Shown here: positions 1 through 10,800 of the stretch, piece by piece
Numbering within the stretch: position 1 is the stretch's first letter
How the letters are laid out: each line of letters begins with the position of its first letter
From: Adineta vaga
Taxonomy: Eukaryota > Animalia > Rotifera
Direction: 5' to 3'
NCBI GenBank assembly: GCA_021613535.1
Contig: CP075492.1
Location: forward strand, 14,570,001 to 14,634,000
Length of the DNA: 64,000 bases
The notes under the pieces: model-generated
The model's database searches: none
Seen by the model: the letters and a program-made list of their open reading frames with translations, nothing else
What the model was told of the DNA's origin: nothing
Made by a program: the position numbers and the translations under genes

Positions 1-2
1 AT

Positions 3-572
3 TTATTTTATGTTCTGTCTAAGCATCCCGATATTGAACAGAACATACTCGATGAATTACATCTTAAGACAAACAATGAGATCAATGAAGAAACTTTGAA
101 CGAACTTATCTATTTAGATTGTGTAATTCTTGAATTATGTCGTCTTCATCCGCCCTTACCTCTTGATTTTAAAGTCTGTGCAAGAGATATTCATCTTCCC
201 GGAACAGAAAATATTGTATTACCTAAATCAACGATTGTTTCATATACACCCTATCATTTTCATCGACTTAGATCTGTTTGGGGTGAAGATGCAATGGATT
301 TCAAACCGGATAGATGGTTAGATTTAGATGGTAAAATCAAAATGGAAAGTCAATTCAAATTTCTTTCATTTAACGCTGGACCTCGTCTTTGTTTAGGTAG
401 AGCAATGGCTCTATTAGAAGTGAAAACATTGGCTGCTATGTTACTCAATGAATTTCATTTTCAACTAGTCAACGAAAATAATTTTAATACAAACATAAGA
501 TTTACAACAACTTGTCCATTTGTTGATGGACTCACAATGACTATCATGAAACGAGAACATACATTTGAATAA
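3..572 (+). CDS. Cytochrome P450, C-terminal part (5' end outside the window); CYP86/CYP704-like heme motif
   Basis: Frame is open from base 3 (LFYVLSKHPDIEQ...). Contains ExxR (ELCR), PxRW (FKPDRW) and the heme-binding FNAGPRLCLG motif. Confidence 0.92.
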   Translation, partial: LFYVLSKHPDIEQNILDELHLKTNNEINEETLNELIYLDCVILELCRLHPPLPLDFKVCARDIHLPGTENIVLPKSTIVSYTPYHFHRLRSVWGEDAMDFKPDRWLDLDGKIKMESQFKFLSFNAGPRLCLGRAMALLEVKTLAAMLLNEFHFQLVNENNFNTNIRFTTTCPFVDGLTMTIMKREHTFE

Positions 573-924
573 ATATTGTAATGACTTAGATTGTGCTCGA
601 GTAAGTTTTTCTTTCGTTTGTTGTGCGAAATCTATTCAAAACTATTTTGTGATTTCACGGAGTCACCGTTGCAAATATTTTTGTGATTATTGAAATGAGG
701 GTGCGGATGGGTAGAGACACGGAATTACACTCATACGTATACTTTCTTGAAATGTATGTTTTATTTGAACGAATTAACATAGCAGCATCATGTCCTGTAC
801 TGATACTATTGCACCAATTGTTCCGTGTTCGTGAATGGGTTGAAAAATTGAAATGAGACACTTAAATGTAATCATTCGTATCTTTGTAATGTGCAAGTAG
901 ATGAAATATCTCTTTGTTGTAAAA

Positions 925-2026
925 TTATTTTGTTTGAAGAATATTATCCTCACATTCACATAAACGATAACTATTATGATAATAATAATAACCACGTCCA
1001 CAACTATAATTGCTCGCAGTACAAGTAGTATTTTGACGTCGTTTATAAGTCTTGCTCCCCGATGAACCATGTGAACACCAGCACCAATCACGACAGAAAC
1101 CACATCTAATACAAGCACGTCCATGACAGTCAAGTTTTCGATTAGAATAAAGTAATTCATTTGATGTCGTGATTTGTGGTCCTTTACTCTGTTTTATCAA
1201 TAATTCTGTTGTTGTAGTTGTTTTATGTATCTTTCGATTGAGATCGAATGGCTCGGCAAGCAATTTAAAAGGTGGTTGAATTTCACGAAGTTGAATCATA
1301 TATAGACCTGGAGCTGGATTAAAATTACTAATTACTTCAAGGTATAGACCCGGTGGAAGAAGAATTTCATCTTCATGTTGATAATGCGAATGTGATCGAA
1401 TAATCTTACCACTATTAGTTTCAATATGAAACATAGTTCTAACGCCTGAAGTTCCCACATAATATGGATACTGGAGTACTTGCAATGAAGCAGTACAAGA
1501 ACTTACTGACCACCAAGTTACTTTTTTTCCTGTTGGATAGAGATCATTTAAATTTTCAGGAACGCCACGATAAACAGTTCTACGTTCTGTTGACCTAAAA
1601 AACAATTACTAAAATTATTTGACAGGTCATATTCGTTTTTTCAAATTACGGTAATTTGAAGAAGGCGGTGAGAAATAACTTCAGATATTTAAACCATGGC
1701 CGTAATTTACTACGATCAGGCAAGCGTAATGTTCGATTCAATACTGCATAGAGACTATTTTCATGTACTTTCCATTCCATAGTATAGAGATGGATGGAAG
1801 CAGATTCATCTACATTAAGACCATCTTTTGGTTCTATCGAATTGATTTTTGCAATCATAATATTCTGTTTCAATTCGCTGTCGAGTATGTTCTCCAATGG
1901 TTGACATGCCTCTTCCAGAGATACAAGTTGTTCTTCCTCGTAACCAGATATAGGCTGAAGCATTTGCTTTGGTTCATCACGAAAACTCATGATTAATCGT
2001 CGATTCACATCGATAGACGTAGCCAT
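925..2026 (-). CDS. Mono-ADP-ribosyltransferase (R-S-E type ART) with Cys-rich C-terminal tail; 2 exons (2026-1650, 1594-925)
   Basis: GT-AG intron 1595-1649 (55 nt) joins ...FFKLP to STERRTVYRG in frame. Motifs: ESASIHLYT, VYRG, SSCT, EDEILL. Confidence 0.88.
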
Positions 2027-2217
2027 TTGTATATGCGCACGTTTTATTTCAAAATGCTTCTCTTTCTTCGCAACCGCCTTATACAAAAAGAAAAAAAATG
2101 CAGTAAGCAAAGCGATGGGGTAAAATGTAATTTTTCTTGTAATTGTGAAACTCAAAGAATGAGAAAAAAATGAGGAAGAAATATTTTATGTAAATATGGC
2201 GGCGAACCACAATATCT

Positions 2218-3163
2218 CTAATCTTTGCAAAAGTCGGACGGATTGTCAATAGTTGATGTGTCGACAGGAAATTCATCGAATGGTCTTGCATTTGATGTCA
2301 ATTCTTTGCTTTTAGCTATAAATGCCAGTTTGGGAGTAATTTCATGTGCTGATAGAACTAGTGAAAATAAATAGAAAAACTGCATTAGTATCTTATGTGC
2401 TCATACTTTTACAAACCTGTAGATTTGAATAAAGGTGGCTGTATTAACGGATAAGTAGGAGTAATCTCTTTGAGATGAATAACATGAAGATCTTTTTTCA
2501 CCGTAATGTGATCGATAACACGAAAATATAAACCAGGCAAGAGAATAATTTCTTCGATTTTGCTCTTGACACTTGAATAATCTGTTATTGATATACTGTT
2601 TTGACATTCAATATGAAAAAGTGTACCACCACCATTTTTACCGAGAAAATGCTCATCTTCTAGAACTGAAATGTCACCTATGCACGAACTTATTCCCCAC
2701 CACATTACGTTGCGTCCTTTGGAATAGTTAGGAGTTAAGTCTATATCACGTACCAACGCCAAACTATTCGAGCTGATGAAGGAAGTTTATAGAATGCGGT
2801 GAGCAATAGTTTCAAGAACAAATGCCAAGGTTTTAGATTTCGTCGATTGTTAGCTCGCAAGTTTTGGTTGAGTATTTGAGATAAACTCACTCTATCATCA
2901 AATTCCATCGTATACAAATAGATAGCCGCTGATTCATCAACGGTTAAACCTTCATGAGATTGTGTACACTTTTCTTTGGCGATACGTACATTCGCTTCGA
3001 TTCCATTGCAATATGGGACAATCGGCAGGATGGCTTCTTCGAGCGATACTAATGGTTCCCTTTCATAACCCATGATGGGTAGGAGCATTCTTGAAATTGG
3101 TTCATCGAGTACATCAGTGCATCTAATTATAAATGATGAAAGTGATGATGAAGACGTAGCCAT
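2218..3163 (-). pseudogene. Tandem paralogous ART gene with a frameshift in the catalytic WRG motif (pseudogene or sequencing error)
   Basis: ORF 3163-2741 (ESAAIYLYT...RIVWR) and ORF 2762-2409 (VRDIDL...SSC...EEIILLPG) are offset by one base at ~2755, with no room for an intron. A probable last exon 2357-2218 follows intron 2358-2416 in frame. Confidence 0.75.
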
Positions 3164-3599
3164 AGAATAATTTCATATATAGAAGAGATTTAAGAGTATG
3201 GCATTTTCGCTTTTGTTTTTCTTTCAGACTCTTTTTTCCTTCATCACAGAGATTGTGTTATTGATAGAAATAATTTTTCTCAACAAACACGTGATTCTTT
3301 ATTGACATTTGTCTCCTACATACACAGGCAGAGGTGAGTTTTGTGTTCGTATTTACTTTAACATTTTTTTGTTACTATCTCCATAAAATGTAATTATAGT
3401 CTAGAATATCAGAGAAAATATTCATAAAAATATCACATGATATTTTAGTTTTCTGTTGATATCTATGACTTTCTATCTGATAATATGCAACCAGACGGAA
3501 GAAATACAGAAAAGATGCTCGCATATAAAAGGGCATAAATTTTTTCATTGGATTCATTACATTATAAAGCAGTGAATACTAGTGAAAAAAAACTAAATA

Positions 3600-5567
3600 A
3601 TGGGCAATGATATATCTGTATCGGAGTCCAAACAATCAGTTGTTAGTTTAACAAGTGAATTTATTCGTCAACATATGAAAAAGAAGAAAGTTGAAGATGA
3701 ACCTTTGATTTGGTTGGATAGTAGTATTCAAGAAAACGATGCAGATTTTCGCTGTACCATCGCTCAACTACAGAGAGTTGTCAACACGATAGGGACATTT
3801 ATTGCAGTTGATGATTGCATTGAATTTATTAAAACCATTGACAATGAAAATAAGATCAATATGATTGTATCAGGTTCACTTGGCGAACTAATTGTTCCAC
3901 AAATTCATGAAATGACACAAATTAATGCAATTTTTATCTTCTGTGGGAATAAAGAATATCATAGAAAATGGTCCAAGAAATGGTTAAAAGTTCGAGATAT
4001 TTTTACTGAAATTTCACCATTATGTGTAGCTATCAAACAGATTGTAAAACAATCTGAAGAAAATGCGATATCTATCAAATTTATGGCTACATCGGATAAT
4101 ACATGCAACAAAGAACTCAATCGAGTACATTATTCATTTATGTATACACAAATTTTAAAAGAAATTCTATTATCGATTCAATTCGAAAAGACACATATTC
4201 AGAGCTTTATTTCTTATTGTCGTCAACTATTCGCTGATAGTAAATATGAACTGGAGAACATTCGAGAATTTGAAGAGAAATATACAGAAGAATATTCTAT
4301 TTGGTGGTATACTCGAGAATGCTTTTTATATAAAATTCTCAATCGTAGTTTGCGACTTATGAATAACGATCTTATTATCAAAATGGGCTTTTTTATCAAT
4401 GATCTCCATCATCAAATTGAACAATTACATTCGAAACAATTTCACCAACAAAAACCTAACACAACATTTATTGTCTATCGAGGGCAATGTCTATCTCGAG
4501 TTGATTTTGAACAATTAAAAAAGACGAAAGGTGGACTTATGTCTTTCAATAACTTCTTATCCACAAGTAAAAATCGTCGTGCTTCTTTGGACTTTGCCGA
4601 AAACCATCGTAAAGATTCGAATATGGTAGGAGTTCTTTTCATTATGACAATCGATCCTTCGGCATCGAAAACACCATTTGCTTCTATTACGGATGATAGT
4701 TATTTTAAAAATCAAGAAGAGGAAATTCTCTTTTCTATGCATACCGTTTTTCGCACTCATGATATTCAATTAATTGATCAAGATAAACAACTCTTTCAAG
4801 TAGAATTAACATTAACTAGTGATGATGATAAAGATCTTCGATTATTGACAGAATGTATTATAGAAGAAACAAAAGGATCAAATGGATGGCATCGAATGAC
4901 TTTATTATTAATTAAATTAGGTCAAACGAACAAAGCTCAAGAAATCTGTGAAAGTATGCTCACTCAAACGACAGATGAAGCAGAACAAGCACATCTTTGT
5001 TATGCAATTTCGTATGTTAAAGAAAACAAAGAAGAGGATACGTTACAAAAAACAAACATTACCAAAGTTCCTCTAGATCGACAACTTTCTCTTTCTTCAA
5101 CCGGTCGTGATTCAATCGAGTCTTGTATCCAAAGTGGTACGGTATATTATGACATTCGCAAATATTCAATGGCACTTCTTTTCTATGAAAAAGCTCTTGA
5201 AATTCAACAAACATTGTTACCATCAAATCATTCCAAGGTAGCCATATCCTACATGAACGTCGGTAAAGTATATAATAAACTAGGTAACTATAGCAAAGCA
5301 CTTGTGTATCATGAGAAGGCTCTGAGAATTCAACGGCAAACACTACCTGATGTTCATCCTGATTTGGCCATGTGTAATTACCATATAGGTACAGTATTTG
5401 AGAATATGCTGAATTATTCACAAGCATTTTTCTTTTATGAATGTGCAGTAAATATTATGCAACATTTATTGCCGCAACTTGATTGTGATTTAAAAGAATG
5501 CTGGCGAAAAAGGCTTGAACGAGTACGAAAGAGGTGTAATTTTTGTAGTCGATATTTGAAAATGTAA
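3600..5567 (+). CDS. Receiver-like domain + ART + TPR protein
   Basis: Single ORF. LIWLD...IVSGSLG...IFIFC N-terminal domain; ART motifs VYRG, FLSTS, EEEILF; 42-aa kinesin-light-chain-like TPRs; N-terminus MGxxxS. Confidence 0.88.
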   Translation: MGNDISVSESKQSVVSLTSEFIRQHMKKKKVEDEPLIWLDSSIQENDADFRCTIAQLQRVVNTIGTFIAVDDCIEFIKTIDNENKINMIVSGSLGELIVPQIHEMTQINAIFIFCGNKEYHRKWSKKWLKVRDIFTEISPLCVAIKQIVKQSEENAISIKFMATSDNTCNKELNRVHYSFMYTQILKEILLSIQFEKTHIQSFISYCRQLFADSKYELENIREFEEKYTEEYSIWWYTRECFLYKILNRSLRLMNNDLIIKMGFFINDLHHQIEQLHSKQFHQQKPNTTFIVYRGQCLSRVDFEQLKKTKGGLMSFNNFLSTSKNRRASLDFAENHRKDSNMVGVLFIMTIDPSASKTPFASITDDSYFKNQEEEILFSMHTVFRTHDIQLIDQDKQLFQVELTLTSDDDKDLRLLTECIIEETKGSNGWHRMTLLLIKLGQTNKAQEICESMLTQTTDEAEQAHLCYAISYVKENKEEDTLQKTNITKVPLDRQLSLSSTGRDSIESCIQSGTVYYDIRKYSMALLFYEKALEIQQTLLPSNHSKVAISYMNVGKVYNKLGNYSKALVYHEKALRIQRQTLPDVHPDLAMCNYHIGTVFENMLNYSQAFFFYECAVNIMQHLLPQLDCDLKECWRKRLERVRKRCNFCSRYLKM

Positions 5568-5831
5568 ATATATGAATAAACTTATAGAAACCCTTGTACA
5601 TTTTTCATGTATGTACAGTCCGATTTATTGACTGCTACGGTCTTTACAACTACAGTTATGAATTGATATTAGATATATTGTTTCTCGATAAATTCTATGC
5701 ATTGATTTTAACCCTATCAAGCTCATTTAGAAAATTTATTAGATCAAGAATCGAAGCTTCGACAATTAACTTTTCGATTAGGAAAAAGATCATTCATACT
5801 CTCAAGATGATTATGAACTGTATCTTTGTAA

Positions 5832-6800
5832 TCAATTTATTTCTTTTTCTTCTTTATCAAACAAATCATTCACAGACTTGCAAAATTTTGCCATAGGATG
5901 TTCAGCCGGTAGTTCTAAAACTGCTAGTCGACAGAACCGTCGATAAAGTTCTCGACGAATCATTACCATTCGTTGAAGAGCAGCACGATCAACAGGACTA
6001 ATCCCTTCTTCTGATTCATATCCTTCAAGAAGCCATGTTGTATATAATTCTGAATTAGCTTGTGGTACTGCAGAATGATCAATAGGCGAACCAGATCGTT
6101 CTAATGACGTAACACCCCAGACAGGTGCTGATAAATCATAGAGAAACCACGATTGTTGCAATTGATCCCAATCAAACATGCATGGCATCATTAAAGTCGC
6201 ATCCCAATAATAATTGCTTGGATTGACATCACCATGAATGATTCCAAAATAGGCAGGATCTGTTACTGTTGCTTTGTCACGTTCATCAACTTCTACATTA
6301 GCTAGAACGCCTTCATGAAGTGTTGTCCAATGACGTGCTCGAGTAACAAGTTCAGGTTGTTCTTGAACGAAACGACGTGTTAATTTGTGTAATCGAGCAA
6401 ACCAATGACCAAGACCAACAACGATATCTTTGTTTGTCATCCATATCCAATCTGTGTAGACCACAGGTTCTCCAGTTGCATATGTAAACAAACAAAGAAT
6501 CAAAGAACCATCCTGAACAACAGCTGACGATGTGATAGAACTTGGAATAGCTCGACAAACTGGTAATTGATTTTTATGAAGATAATCCAATAGAATCACT
6601 TCCAATTGAGTGCTATCGAGTCGTTGATTTTTTGGATCAGGTGTAACACGTAAAATAAAACGTTCCGAATCAGTCTTATTTGCAAGAAATGTATGATTTT
6701 GTGAAGCTTTCAAACATTCACCTACATCGACATTCCAATGGTCGCGAGCAAGTCGACGAATTTGTTCAATATCAATAGGAATAGTTTCAAACAGTGGCAT
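5832..6800 (-). CDS. Aminoglycoside phosphotransferase / homoserine-kinase-II family small-molecule kinase (bacterial type)
   Basis: Intronless 322 aa with FILRV, ARLH, Brenner motif HGDVNPSN, and FDWD...YDL. Confidence 0.88.
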   Translation of the reverse strand: MPLFETIPIDIEQIRRLARDHWNVDVGECLKASQNHTFLANKTDSERFILRVTPDPKNQRLDSTQLEVILLDYLHKNQLPVCRAIPSSITSSAVVQDGSLILCLFTYATGEPVVYTDWIWMTNKDIVVGLGHWFARLHKLTRRFVQEQPELVTRARHWTTLHEGVLANVEVDERDKATVTDPAYFGIIHGDVNPSNYYWDATLMMPCMFDWDQLQQSWFLYDLSAPVWGVTSLERSGSPIDHSAVPQANSELYTTWLLEGYESEEGISPVDRAALQRMVMIRRELYRRFCRLAVLELPAEHPMAKFCKSVNDLFDKEEKEIN

Positions 6801-7423
6801 GTTTTATCTACAAAAGAGAGACGTCATCTTGACCTAGATATACACAATAAAAGGAAGAAGAAGAAAAATAAAATAACATAATAAGCATCATTGCGTTGAT
6901 CTTGTTTATAAATGTATGATCGAGAAAATATATGACAAATTTTCACCAGATTCAGTATTGCATCGAGCACAAGGGTAATAATGTTGATATTTTATATACA
7001 CGTTTCTTACGTAATTCTTTCTTATCTTACGAAAGAATAGAAAGAAACAAAAGATAATAATAAATATTTGTTAGACATTTACATCTAACTTAATCCTCTA
7101 TCTTCATATACGTGTCATTCGATAAATTTACATTTCTTTAAATCACAATGAAAATAATCATTGAATCGAACAAATAGTAATGGATCTTTTCAACAAACGA
7201 TCCGAAAATTGGATGATTGTTTTTTTGTTATGTTTAAATACATTCTATCTTACACCATAGTCATTGACTGTAAATTGTTTTCTTTCCAACTTATTGTCTT
7301 GGACTTTTCCACTTAACTGTGTTGGAAGAATTACAAATAGGAAGTAGTAGAATAGATAAAAACCAATGTATTCAAAAGAATTCCTTTAAAAAGTAAAACT
7401 ATTTATATTTTGTTGTACACACA

Positions 7424-7786
7424 ATGCCACGAGATACTTGCACATTCAATTTTATTTCTAAAAGAGATGGTCAACCAAAAACAGCGACAGGTATCGAACA
7501 ATCATGGTTAGACCTAAAAATTGAATTTAGTCGACAGGGTGAAGGATTACCAGGTGCAACATATTATAAAACAATCAGTCTTCAAGGACCTCAATTATTT
7601 GCTGTGAAACCTGATCAAACTGTTTGGTATCATGATGAAAATAGATGGTTTAAATATAGAACAGCAACAGCTATAAAATACGATAGATTATATGGCGAAG
7701 ATTTATTTCCTAGGCGTGACACATTTGCATCAACAACAACTGAGGAAGATGACGAACCAAACTTTGGTGAACAAGATGAACAATAA
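7424..7786 (+). CDS. Small uncharacterised protein with acidic C-terminal tail (120 aa)
   Basis: Clean ATG-TAA ORF with protein-like composition, convergent with the 1512-aa gene. No recognisable motif. Confidence 0.6.
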   Translation: MPRDTCTFNFISKRDGQPKTATGIEQSWLDLKIEFSRQGEGLPGATYYKTISLQGPQLFAVKPDQTVWYHDENRWFKYRTATAIKYDRLYGEDLFPRRDTFASTTTEEDDEPNFGEQDEQ

Positions 7787-7808
7787 ATATAAAACTCGAA
7801 ATTTATTC

Positions 7809-10800
7809 TTAATAATTCAATTCAAGAAAAGGAAGTCTCTCAATTAGAATTCTATCCGTCAAAGGATCAGCGGCGAATTGAAACTGATTTTGATACTTTT
7901 CATAGATATTCATTGCTTTTTGTTTTGTTGTTCTCGCTGAATTTTGCTTGTTTTCAATCATATAAATCGTTGATAAACAATTATAACAAAGAAAAAGTGT
8001 TCCGGCATAACGTCGACAAACATTGACATTCAATTCAAATGCATAATCTGTATAGAAAACATCTCTCTTTTCCTCATATATATCAATAACTTCTTGATAA
8101 GATTTCAATGCTTGATTTCGATTGTTTGCATAGATGAAAGATGCGATTCTTAGGTGACATTCACCAATCTGTTCATCATCACGTGCATAGTTTTCTAAAA
8201 GAAATGGTAATAATTCTTGTCGATAGACGTTTTTTGCTTTATCGAATTGATTTCTACTCATATAATTTCTCGCTTTTTGTTTATAATCAGATACTTGTTG
8301 ATTGAGATCTGAACTCTCAGAAGAATTCATATCTGTAATTATGTTCATTGATTCTAGGTCAGCGAGTTCATTATAGGCAGTGGAAAGATGAGATAAATAA
8401 TCTAGACGATTATTTTCAATGAAATGAATCAGTTGAGAATAGATCTCAATCGTTTCATTGGGATTATCGATAGCAAATTGTTGACATTTGGTGATGATTG
8501 TATTGATTTGAGTTTGAATATTTTCTAGTTGATATTTAATCATAAAAGCGATTTGTTCTTGATAGACAAATATTGCTTGATCGAAATTCTTCTTTAATTG
8601 ATAGATCGAACTAATTTCATCATAGATTTTGAAAATTTTCGATACAAATTCATCTTGATCAGAAGTAGAATGAATATTTTGACGATAATCTATCAAAATA
8701 TGAATCATTTTATAATACAAATTAATTCCTAGATCATATTTTTCTTCAATTAAATATTCCGAAATGATCCGATGTTTCCAAATATGAAACATAAAATCAA
8801 TCTTATCATTTTCTATATAATGACCTGTTGTTGGATGATGACATAGAAAAATGAAGAGATGTTCATATACCTCAATACATTCATAGAATAATTTCTTTTG
8901 AAGAAATTCTCCAGCAATTATTTGATAAACATCAGCGATTTTCATCATATCAGTTGAATATTTAAATAACAATTCAATTAATTTTTGATAGATTTGAATT
9001 GCTATATGTAAATGTTTTGTTCTTATACAAACTTGAATAAAATTTGGTCGATAATGATCGATGACCATAGTCATTTGTGAAGTTAATGGATTGAGTATTT
9101 GTAAAATCAAATTAAGAAAAGCATCGTATGAATGAATAATTGATTCGTAAGCATCGTATTTACGAATTAATAATTTCCAAATTCGTTTCATTTGAGTGTA
9201 TAATATGAAAATATCGGTAGTATCATCTGACATGATCGTACAAAGAGTTTGGTAAATTTGAATCAAGATTTTGAAATCATCCGTTTGTTTGAAATGATCA
9301 ATTAGATGTTCTTGAACAATGGAAATCATTGTTTTCATTTGATTTGATCGATGTATTTTGTAAAGAGTAACGGCTCTTTCGTATGTCTTCACAGTTGAAT
9401 TCATATCTTTATGTTCGATCTGATAAAATTCTGCTAATTTTGTATAACAATACAAAGTATGTGAACAGATATAATTGTATTGTTCGAAATTTTCTAAAGG
9501 TTCTCGTAAATATGTTAATGTTGATTCTAAATCATTGGTTTTCTTATATAAATGTGCGATATAACAATATATATTTTCATCATTACAATAACCGACATAA
9601 TTGTATAAACGATTTAAATATGATTGAATAATTAAATGAAACTTTTTTTCAATAAAAAACAGATTTTCATTACAAATTTGACTAATATTCAACTTTTCAA
9701 AACCAATTTGTTGACATAATGAAATACTTTCTGATAATGCAAATTTCGCTTCTTCAATTTTCTTTTGATCATAATATAGAGCAGCTAATTTCAATTGGCA
9801 ATAGACCATTTTCTTTCGTAGATCATTTTCAGTTTTTACTCGAGTATCAAATTGTTTATCATAGAATTCCAATGCAAAATGTAAAGGTTTCAAATATTGA
9901 AAAAATGTATCTGAAATTTCAACCGATTTAGTTTCAATTTCATTACTATCAGTACATAATAACTCTGATATTGGTTCGGATCGATCAGTTCGTTGCTGTT
10001 GATAACATTTCAACATACCTTGATAACCAATAGTGAGATTCTGTAAATCTTCGAGATGATATTTACAGCATAAACGAATGATTTTTTCATAATAATCAAG
10101 TGATTGATTATTTGAATATCGATAAAGTATGGCAAGACGTTCATAACATTGTAATGTATAAAGATAATATTGATAATTAGAAACATAGGATGAACATTGT
10201 TTTTCAACTTTTTGAAAATAATCAATGGCGATAAATCGACACGATTCATTATCATAGCGACGCGATAGAAAATCATATTGATAATTAAATGATAAATAAC
10301 CTGTAATGATCGATGTACGATATTTTATAATATCATCTAGACCAAGATCAAGAAATTGCTTCCAATTCTTCCAAATTCGATTATGTTCTTCAGCTGTTGG
10401 ATTAATAACATGTGTTCCCGATTCTGCGATTGTCATACATGTATGACAATGAAAATCTGTTGTATCACGCATTTCACAATCAACAGATTCTTTGTACATA
10501 TTCCATGCGCATTGATTTTCCCCTCTTTCTTGATAAATACGTGCGATATTAATCGAAGAAATATTTCGATAATTATCATACATCGCAAATTTATCAATTG
10601 CAATACAAGGACCATGATATGTATTCTTAGCGATCTTTTCATCGGTTAATTTGGATATGTCATAAGCTTGTTGATAATATTTTAACGCTTCGAAGTATAG
10701 TTTTTGTTTGTAGTAAACACCGCCAAGACAATTCAGAGTCGTGATTTTCCATTCATCATTTGAATGGTTACCTTTCAATAGTGCTTCAAATGCTAATTTA

